IMG/VR virus record: IMGVR_UViG_3300031942_000005
Coordinates: 1-57,643 of that record
DNA from: a virus
Taxonomy: Duplodnaviria; Caudoviricetes
Reading direction: 5' to 3' (one strand)
Length of the DNA stretch: 57,643 bases
A model generated the notes under the pieces. The model was given only the letters and a program-made list of their open reading frames with translations. It was not told where the DNA came from and ran no database searches. Positions 1 to 6,416 of this stretch are shown here, piece by piece. How positions within the stretch are numbered: position 1 is the first letter of the stretch; each line of letters begins with the position of its first letter. Both the position numbers and the translations under genes were made by a program.

Positions 1-55
1 TGGCGGGCGGCTGGGTGATCCACTACTGGAGCGCGCGGAAGGGACCATTGGAGCC

Positions 56-940
56 TTGGGATTGAAGCGCGACCCCGATAGGATTCGGGCCTGGCAGAGG
101 CGCTCGCAAGAGACCGCACGCCAACGCCAGCGAGAGCGGGGGAACGGCTCACGAGATTCCCCCTCTCCCCCACCGGTCCCCCGCTCCCGCCCCAAGCCGT
201 CCGCCGCTAAGGCGGCGCGGCTGTGTGGCATCGAAGGTTGCCAGCGCGCCCACTTCGCCAAGGGCCTGTGCAACACGCACTACTACCGTCTGAGGCGCAC
301 AGGCACCACGGACCTCATACCCCCAAGGGCACGTACCCGGCGCCCGGTTGAGTACCGCAGGCAGGGCCAGGAGCCGCCTGAGGGCAGGCCACGGCGCAGG
401 GTGGCACGCGACGGCCGGGTGCACCTCATCTGGAGCCTCAAGGACCGCACCGTGATCATGGTCGAGCGGTCGCCCACTCAGCAGGAGAGGGACGAGCGCG
501 AGGCCGAGGTCCGTCACCTCCACGGCCAGGGACTCAACCAGGGCCAGATCGGTAAGGCGATGGGCCTGCACCCGGCCACCGTCTCGCGGATCGAGGAGCG
601 CCTGGGTCTCCGCGAGTTCCGGGAGAAACCCAAGAGGCGGACCCGCGGCGACACCCGGTACGAGCGGGCGTTCAGATGGGCCTCGGTGGAGATCCACAAG
701 CGGTCGTTCCGGCGCTGCGAAGTCCGCTGCTCGCCGTGGTGCTCGGGCCAGGGTGTCCACGTCCACCACCGCAAGATGCGCTCCCAGCGGGGGGACAACG
801 AGCTGGTGAATCTCATCGACACCTGCCCCGAGTGCCATCGGTTCATCCACGCTCAGCCGAGGGTCAGTTACGCCCGCGGCTGGCTGGTCCACACCTGGCA
901 GGATCCCGCGCAAGTACCCTGGCGCGCATGGACGGTGTAG
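56..940 (+). CDS. HNH endonuclease with Zn-binding and HTH domains (start uncertain)
   Basis: CGIEGC...GLCNTHY Zn motif; HTH QGLNQGQIGKAMGLHPATVSRI; C-terminal CEVRC...HVHHRK...NELVNLIDTCPECHRFIH. Confidence 0.8.
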   Translation: MGLKRDPDRIRAWQRRSQETARQRQRERGNGSRDSPSPPPVPRSRPKPSAAKAARLCGIEGCQRAHFAKGLCNTHYYRLRRTGTTDLIPPRARTRRPVEYRRQGQEPPEGRPRRRVARDGRVHLIWSLKDRTVIMVERSPTQQERDEREAEVRHLHGQGLNQGQIGKAMGLHPATVSRIEERLGLREFREKPKRRTRGDTRYERAFRWASVEIHKRSFRRCEVRCSPWCSGQGVHVHHRKMRSQRGDNELVNLIDTCPECHRFIHAQPRVSYARGWLVHTWQDPAQVPWRAWTV

Positions 941-1254
941 GCGTGCGCTCCATCAAGCCCGACTCCGCGCTGCTCGTACAGGTCCAGGACATGCTCCTGG
1001 CCGAGTACGCCGAGCGCCACGTCCGCGCCGTCCTGGTCGAGCTCAAGCCCTCGAACTACCGCAAGCTCCTCGACGAGCTCAAGATGACCGGGCACTCGAC
1101 GGGCCGCCAGATCACGAGCCACAACCGCATGGGCTTGTACGTGGCCGATTTCGTCACGGGGCGCTACGCCCGCCTCGCGATGGACCCCTCCCTGCGACGC
1201 AACCAGGTGAGGATCCAGTGGAGAGCAGACCGCCATGACCTTGTTCGAACTTGA
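928..1254 (+). CDS. hypothetical protein
   Basis: ATG 928 overlaps the upstream stop; phage-typical codon usage. Confidence 0.6.
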   Translation: MDGVGVRSIKPDSALLVQVQDMLLAEYAERHVRAVLVELKPSNYRKLLDELKMTGHSTGRQITSHNRMGLYVADFVTGRYARLAMDPSLRRNQVRIQWRADRHDLVRT

Positions 1255-1795
1255 CCCGCCGGCCGCAGACGTGGCCGAGGAGACGGCCGAGTACAACGAC
1301 GACCCCGTGGTGCTCGAGTTCATCGGCCTGCCCCACCCCCAGGGTTCCAAGAGCGGGGTGTGGAACGAGCGGCTGGGGCGCGTGCTGGTGCTCGAAGGCA
1401 AGTCGGACCAGGGCCGCATGAAGCACGAGGCGTGGCGGGCCGCGGTCTCGGTGGGCTGTCGCCAGTGGCTCACCCGCCACCCCCGGCCCCCCTACGCCGA
1501 GCCGGTCCAGGTCGACATCGAGTTCCGCTTCCCCCTTCCGGCCTCTGGCACCCACCGCCACCGCCACACGACCAAGCCCGACCTCGACAAGCTGGTACGG
1601 GCTACCTTCGACGCCATGGTGGTGGGGGGACTGCTGGCCGACGACGCCCGGGTGTGCGGCCTGATCGCCCGCAAGCGCTACGCCCGGGGCACCGAGACTG
1701 CCGGGGCCTCGGTGACCGTGTGGCCGCTCGGGGCCGACGAGCAGCGCGACCGCGAGCGCTCCAAGGCAGCGGCAAGGGAGGCGCGTAGACGGTAA
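1235..1795 (+). CDS. rusA: RusA-family Holliday junction resolvase
   Basis: PHPQGSK and KPDLDKLVRATFDAM...DDARV catalytic Asp motifs. Confidence 0.9.
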   Translation: MTLFELDPPAADVAEETAEYNDDPVVLEFIGLPHPQGSKSGVWNERLGRVLVLEGKSDQGRMKHEAWRAAVSVGCRQWLTRHPRPPYAEPVQVDIEFRFPLPASGTHRHRHTTKPDLDKLVRATFDAMVVGGLLADDARVCGLIARKRYARGTETAGASVTVWPLGADEQRDRERSKAAAREARRR

Positions 1796-1971
1796 AGAGG
1801 GCACACGACTGCCCAGCACCCGGCACGGTGCCATGCGCACCCGGCTCCGGTCCTGACACGCCAGGGCCGGTAGACGAACCACCGGACGAATGCGACGGAG
1901 GTGGCCGCCCGCAGAAACACCCGATCAGAGAGAGCCCACTCGTGACGTGGGCCGACCGAGAGGAGGTGCTC

Positions 1972-2601
1972 ATGCGGAAACACCGCGTTGGCGCACTCGT
2001 GTTCACGGCCTTGGCTATCGAGGCCGCAATCGTCGTACCCCTAGCCCTACTCCCCGATCCAGGAGCAGCACCACAGCCCACCAAAGGGAGCCACCCATGG
2101 CATTTCCACCGAACCAGGCAAGCGAGGGACTCCTTGCGAGCATCGCGAACCACCCGGCAGGCGGGCGCACCCGCCACCACCACTACGTCTATGACGACGA
2201 CCACAGCGCCGACGTCATCGACTTCGCCGAGCCCCAGTCCGTCCCCGGCGGCGAGCCCATCCTCCGCCTCGTCTACGTCGACGGCCAGCTCTGCACCGAC
2301 GACACCGAGCACTACTACGACGAGCGCCGGCGCAGACTCGGGGGCTGACCCGGCGAGCTACGCCGAGTGGAGCCGAGTCGAGCAGTGTGAGAGCGGGGGC
2401 GTCTCTGCGGACGGGCCGACCTACTTCGGCCTGCTGGGGATCAGCGGGCAAGCGTGGGCGGCCTATAACACTTTCGGGTTCCCCGCGAGCGCCTACGACG
2501 CGACCCTGGCTCAGCAGATCGTGGTGGCCCAGGCCATAGAGGCGGCTGCGGGGATGGCTGGCTACGTGCCAGATCAAGGAGGTACCTGTAGTGCGTGGTG
2601 A
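1972..2601 (+). CDS. Secreted/membrane-anchored Rpf-like lytic transglycosylase
   Basis: AGGAGG RBS at 1961; N-terminal hydrophobic helix; Ser/Thr linker; WSRVEQCESGG...YFGLLGIS..AW...ATLAQQIVVA resembles the Rpf domain. Confidence 0.75.
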   Translation: MRKHRVGALVFTALAIEAAIVVPLALLPDPGAAPQPTKGSHPWHFHRTRQARDSLRASRTTRQAGAPATTTTSMTTTTAPTSSTSPSPSPSPAASPSSASSTSTASSAPTTPSTTTTSAGADSGADPASYAEWSRVEQCESGGVSADGPTYFGLLGISGQAWAAYNTFGFPASAYDATLAQQIVVAQAIEAAAGMAGYVPDQGGTCSAW

Positions 2602-2748
2602 CCTAGCGTTGCGCCCGTGTGGTGGCTCCGGTGGTGGAGGAGACGGCAGATCACCTGGCGCTTCACCATCGGCCCGGTCACCCTCAGAGAGGACCAGCCC
2701 GAGCCGGGCCTCCCCGGCACCCCAGCGACAGGAAGTGAGGCACTCACC

Positions 2749-3114
2749 GTGCAGCTGACCTCAGACCAGCAGACCAAGCTCAACCTCAGCGGCCAGGACT
2801 TCTACGGCAACGAGGTGGAGATCACGGGCCGCACCGTGTGGAGCAGCTCTGACCCCACCATCGTCCAGCTCGTCCAGAGCGCGGCCGACGACACCATGGT
2901 GATCGCCCAGGCGGTGGGGCCCACCGGCTCTGCCGCGGTGACCGCCACCAACGACGTCAACCACGACGGCACCGGCGACTTCATCGGCAGCATCGCCATC
3001 GACGTGGTGGCCGGGGTGATGACCGACATCGTGATCGAGGCCGAGGATGCGACCGACAAGCCGGGCGACGCCCCGGCGCCGACACCGCCCGGGCCCCCCG
3101 CCACCCCGCAGTAG
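2749..3114 (+). CDS. hypothetical Ig-like beta protein (alternative start 2617)
   Basis: TVWSSSDPTIV resembles the bacterial Ig-like (Big) motif. Confidence 0.55.
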   Translation: MQLTSDQQTKLNLSGQDFYGNEVEITGRTVWSSSDPTIVQLVQSAADDTMVIAQAVGPTGSAAVTATNDVNHDGTGDFIGSIAIDVVAGVMTDIVIEAEDATDKPGDAPAPTPPGPPATPQ

Positions 3115-3123
3115 CTAGGGGAC

Positions 3124-3151
3124 TTGACAGGGGGTGCCGCTGGGCTAGGCT
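3124..3151 (+). promoter_or_regulatory. sigma70/HrdB-type promoter
   Basis: TTGACA (3124-3129) N16 TAGGCT (3146-3151), intergenic, followed by a GGAGG RBS. Confidence 0.7.
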
Positions 3152-3177
3152 CCTTGCTCTGGAGGAAGGAGAGCAGC

Positions 3178-3576
3178 GTGGCACCAGCGGTGAGGACCCC
3201 CAGCGAGGTGGAACTACGGGCCGAGGGCATCCTCGGGCAATTCGAGGGCGACCCGGTGACCGCGGTGGGCATGAGCTTCACCAACGTGGCCGGGGCCATG
3301 AACGAGTCGCTCGAGGTCGAGCCCCACCTCATGCACAAGGGCGAGTCCTGCTTCGTGGTGCTGCGCTGCGACTGCGTGAGCGTGCAGTTCCCCAACGTCA
3401 AGGGCAACGAGGACCAGTCCCGGCGGGTCCAGGTGATGCGGGTGACCGACGCCACGGTGCTGCGCGAGGCGCCCGCCACGGTGCAGCGGGCCATAGATCG
3501 AATGCGAGCGGAGATCCAAGCGCGTCGCGACGCGGAGGACGGCCAGGGGAGGCTCATGGGGGATGAACGCCTGTGA
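3178..3576 (+). CDS. hypothetical protein
   Basis: GGAGGAAGGAG then GTG 3178. Confidence 0.7.
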   Translation: MAPAVRTPSEVELRAEGILGQFEGDPVTAVGMSFTNVAGAMNESLEVEPHLMHKGESCFVVLRCDCVSVQFPNVKGNEDQSRRVQVMRVTDATVLREAPATVQRAIDRMRAEIQARRDAEDGQGRLMGDERL

Positions 3577-3827
3577 GCATCCCGACGGGGCGGCGCCCGG
3601 GGGAGGCGCCGCCCCTGGCCGTGGACCTGCTCGCGCAGATCATCGACCTGGGCTTGGAGATCGCAGAGGTCAAGGGCCAGCTCGACGCCCTCTACGCGGC
3701 GCGCGTCGCCAAGTACGTGGACGCCCACGAGAACGGTGCCACCCTCCAAGAGATCGCCGAGGCGGCCGGCGTCACCCGCCAGGGGGTCAAGTACATCCTC
3801 GCCAAGCACAAGCGGGCCAAGAGGTGA
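3573..3827 (+). CDS. small HTH DNA-binding protein
   Basis: GATLQEIAEAAGVTRQGVKYIL HTH. Confidence 0.8.
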   Translation: MSIPTGRRPGEAPPLAVDLLAQIIDLGLEIAEVKGQLDALYAARVAKYVDAHENGATLQEIAEAAGVTRQGVKYILAKHKRAKR

Positions 3828-3833
3828 AGCACG

Positions 3834-4118
3834 ATGGATGACGCCGAACTAGTCCAGGCCAAGCAGGAGCGCAACAGCGCATCTAAGCGAGCAGCCGATT
3901 GGGAAGCTGCTTGCTATCGGATCGACTCTGACAACGCCCGCCTCCGCGCCGAGCTAGAGACCGTGAGGGAGGCCGCGCGGGCGTGTGCCGATTCAGTCGT
4001 CACAACTATGGGCGTGTTCGATGACGGCGAAGAAGAAGAAATGTTGATCGTGCCGCCGAACACTTTGGAAGCACTCCGCCTCGCCCTCAGTAACGAAGGA
4101 GGGGGCGATGATGGATGA
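3834..4118 (+). CDS. cassette-array ORF 1 (coiled coil)
   Basis: Ends in repeat-encoded LSNEGGGDDG. Confidence 0.7.
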   Translation: MDDAELVQAKQERNSASKRAADWEAACYRIDSDNARLRAELETVREAARACADSVVTTMGVFDDGEEEEMLIVPPNTLEALRLALSNEGGGDDG

Positions 4119-4314
4119 GCGCCTGACGGACCTAGAACGGCAGTTTTGTGAAGTGAACGATCTGCGCGTCCAACACTTTGCCGACCTAATGAAAGCCCAA
4201 GCCGAGAACGCCCGCCTTCGCGCCCAGCTAGAGGCTGCGAGGGAAGCCGTGCAGATGGGTTCGATGTCTGTCCTTACCGCCGCCCTCAGTAACGAAGGAG
4301 GGGGCGATGGGTGA
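4108..4314 (+). CDS. cassette-array ORF 2 (coiled coil)
   Basis: Starts at repeat ATG, ends LSNEGGGDG; shares NARLRAxLExxREA with ORF 1. Confidence 0.7.
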   Translation: MMDERLTDLERQFCEVNDLRVQHFADLMKAQAENARLRAQLEAAREAVQMGSMSVLTAALSNEGGGDG

Positions 4315-4582
4315 ACCGATCATTCACCTTTGCACGGCGGCTGATGTTGGCATGGCCGAAACCTGCATGTGCTGTGGCGGCTGGGTGTACGCCGAAGGCA
4401 ACACCGTTCCGATTCCTGGCAGCAGCCCAACCCTTCAATACTGCTCTCAGGACTGCCACGACGCCTGGGAGGGTGTTCTGGCCTACGAAGCTGAACAGCG
4501 GCGCAAGCGCAAAGAGTTCGATGACTGGGAGGATGCGCTGTTCGACGCCGCCCTCAGTAACGAAGGAGGGGACGATGGTTGA
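4307..4582 (+). CDS. cassette-array ORF 3 (Cys-rich, putative Zn finger)
   Basis: CMCCG...YCSQDC; repeat at both ends. Confidence 0.7.
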   Translation: MGEPIIHLCTAADVGMAETCMCCGGWVYAEGNTVPIPGSSPTLQYCSQDCHDAWEGVLAYEAEQRRKRKEFDDWEDALFDAALSNEGGDDG

Positions 4583-4850
4583 CGCAGCCTCCTGTGACTG
4601 CGAAGCCGAAGAGACTGGAACGCATTGGAAGGGCTGCGAATACCGTCCGATGGAACTCACGAAGGGCGAGTTCGTGACGGCTTGTGAGGGTGGCGCTGCG
4701 GCGGTAATCGACACTTACCGCTGGTGCATTGAGGAAGAGGGGATGACATCCGATGCGGCGAAGGAAATAGCAGTGGAAGAGGCGAGAGAATCGGCGGCCT
4801 GTTTTGCTGGGATCGGGTCATGTTATGGCGGCGGTTGCAAGCATGGCTGA
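4575..4850 (+). CDS. cassette-array ORF 4 (Cys-rich)
   Basis: Starts at repeat ATG 4575. Confidence 0.65.
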   Translation: MVDAASCDCEAEETGTHWKGCEYRPMELTKGEFVTACEGGAAAVIDTYRWCIEEEGMTSDAAKEIAVEEARESAACFAGIGSCYGGGCKHG

Positions 4851-4877
4851 CCGGCTCAGTAACGAAGGAGGGGGCGA

Positions 4878-5042
4878 GTGAGGGTACGCATCGAATGGAA
4901 ACCGCAGGACTGTTGGATCGGCGCGTTTTGGAAGGCGGGGCACCTGTGGGTCTGCATTGTGCCAATGCTCCCGATTCACTTCTACCGGCTCAGTAACGAA
5001 GGAGGGGGCGATGGGTCACTGCGAGAAGGTGCGGGGCAATGA
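4878..5042 (+). CDS. cassette-array ORF 5 (54 aa, Trp-rich)
   Basis: GTG in repeat 4; MRVRIEWKPQDCWIGAFWK...RLSNEGGGDG...; translated by hand. Confidence 0.6.
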   Translation: MRVRIEWKPQDCWIGAFWKAGHLWVCIVPMLPIHFYRLSNEGGGDGSLREGAGQ

Positions 5043-5203
5043 CCAACATCGTCGTATCGAGGAAGGAGATGGCGGAGATTCGTGAACGAGTGCGACTCGG
5101 CCTTCCCGTTGCCGCCTTCCTGGTGGAGAAGCTGCTCCGGGTGATTGACCTCGGCCGCACCGCCGACGCCCTCAGGAACGAAGGAGGGGACGATGAAGAT
5201 TGA
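5039..5203 (+). CDS. cassette-array ORF 6 (54 aa)
   Basis: ATGA overlap with ORF 5; MTNIVVSRKEM...ALRNEGGDDED. Confidence 0.55.
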   Translation: MTNIVVSRKEMAEIRERVRLGLPVAAFLVEKLLRVIDLGRTADALRNEGGDDED

Positions 5204-5372
5204 CGAAGTACGGGCGAAGTGGGAACGGTTCAACGCCCGACTCCAAGAGGGGGACGGTGATGGCTCTCTCATGGGTGCAGCATTCATAATCGCCCGCTCG
5301 GGGGTGACAGATGTTCGTCGGCTCTGTGACGAAATCGACCGGCTCAGTAACGAAGGAGGGGACGATGGGTGA
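5193..5372 (+). CDS. cassette-array ORF 7
   Basis: Repeat ATG start; ends LSNEGGDDG. Confidence 0.65.
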   Translation: MKIDEVRAKWERFNARLQEGDGDGSLMGAAFIIARSGVTDVRRLCDEIDRLSNEGGDDG

Positions 5373-5556
5373 GGGAGAGATTCTCCGCGTGGAGCAGTCC
5401 GTACTTGAGCGAGAAACCGCCCGCCAGATGAATGTCCTGACGTGGGCGCTAAGCAAGGCGTGCGAGGATGGATGGACAGACGGCCCCGCTGCGATGCGCC
5501 ATTACCTCATGGACGCCGAAGCCGCCCTCAGTGACGAAGGAGGGGACGATGAGTGA
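5365..5556 (+). CDS. cassette-array ORF 8
   Basis: Repeat ATG start; ends LSDEGGDDE. Confidence 0.65.
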   Translation: MGEGEILRVEQSVLERETARQMNVLTWALSKACEDGWTDGPAAMRHYLMDAEAALSDEGGDDE

Positions 5557-5743
5557 GTTCCCCCAATCCGAGGAGTATCGGCCAGATGATTCCGTTGCGG
5601 GGGATTGTCTCGGCGGGTTTGTAGACGACAGCGGGGCGACTCTGGAATTGATCTGCGGTATCTGCGGATTCAGGGGAACGCCCATCGTTGCTGGCGCTCA
5701 CGATTGCGCCGCCCTCAGTGACGAAGGAGGGGACGATGGGTAA
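5549..5743 (+). CDS. cassette-array ORF 9 (CxxC...HxC)
   Basis: Repeat ATG start; ends LSDEGGDDG. Confidence 0.65.
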   Translation: MSEFPQSEEYRPDDSVAGDCLGGFVDDSGATLELICGICGFRGTPIVAGAHDCAALSDEGGDDG

Positions 5744-6125
5744 GCAGAACCTCGCGAGCTGGACGATGCCCTGGGACGAGATTGCCGAGCGAGTGGGCGC
5801 GCTGCTGCCGGGGCGCTTCAAGTGGGAGTCGTTCGGCTCCGATGGCATCGCCGGGGTCGAGCGTGCGACGACGGTCATCATCACCGTGGCCGAGCACGAC
5901 GACGGCGTCGAGTGGGTCCATGCCTCGGTCGCCAAGCCCGACCGCTTGCCGAGCTACCACGACCTGGTGGCGCTGCACAAGGCGCTGTGGCCCGATGGCT
6001 TCGCCTACCAGGTGTTCGCCTCCGAGGAGCGCCACGTCAGCATCCACAACCACGCCCTGCACCTGTGGGGTCGGCGTGACGGTGCGAACGTGCTGCCCGA
6101 CTTCGGCGCGGCCGGTTCCATATGA
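5736..6125 (+). CDS. conserved phage protein (DUF7694-like)
   Basis: WVHASV...PSYHDL..LH...HVSIHNHALHLW; starts at the last repeat. Confidence 0.7.
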   Translation: MGKQNLASWTMPWDEIAERVGALLPGRFKWESFGSDGIAGVERATTVIITVAEHDDGVEWVHASVAKPDRLPSYHDLVALHKALWPDGFAYQVFASEERHVSIHNHALHLWGRRDGANVLPDFGAAGSI

Positions 6126-6138
6126 GACGAGAGGGACG

Positions 6139-6276
6139 GTGGGTGAGCGCAGGTCATGGTGGCGCCCCTACATCACCTGGGGGCGCCGGCAGTTCCGCAT
6201 CGGCGTCTGGCGTCAACGCCGCGACCGGGTCTGTCCCGAGTACAGGTTCATCGGAGTGGAGAACCAATTGTGGTGA
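6139..6276 (+). CDS. small hypothetical protein
   Basis: GAGGG RBS then GTG; fills the gap and overlaps the next start. Confidence 0.4.
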   Translation: MGERRSWWRPYITWGRRQFRIGVWRQRRDRVCPEYRFIGVENQLW

Positions 6277-6416
6277 GCGAGGAGACCTGCCGTTCGTGCG
6301 GCGCGCCGATCACCTGGGTCAAGACGGAGTCGGGCAAGTGGATGCCGCTGGACCCTGACGGCACCTCGCACTTCGCCACCTGCCCCGACGCCGCCAAGTG
6401 GCGGAAGAAGCGCTGA
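6273..6416 (+). CDS. small Zn-finger phage protein
   Basis: CRSCGAPITW...GKWMPLD...SHFATCP. Confidence 0.75.
   Translation: MSEETCRSCGAPITWVKTESGKWMPLDPDGTSHFATCPDAAKWRKKR

Larger units (their letters stand above)
4086..5738 (+). repeat. Nine dispersed 25-bp direct repeats CTCAG(T/G)(A/G)ACGAAGGAGGGG(G/A)CGATG at gene junctions
   Basis: Copies start at 4086, 4285, 4553, 4855, 4989, 5171, 5343, 5527, 5714 (copy 4 ends CGAGTG); each contains an SD and a start codon. Confidence 0.97.

Noticed and set aside
4086-5738. CRISPR array or integron attC array
   Set aside because: Spacers are 110-280 bp protein-coding segments of variable length; repeats contain SD and start codons and lack GTTRRRY/RYYYAAC ends; no cas operon or integrase in the window
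6126-6146. Tenth copy of the cassette repeat (GACGAGAGGGACGGTGGGTGA)
   Set aside because: Lacks CTCAG and has indels; may be an ordinary RBS
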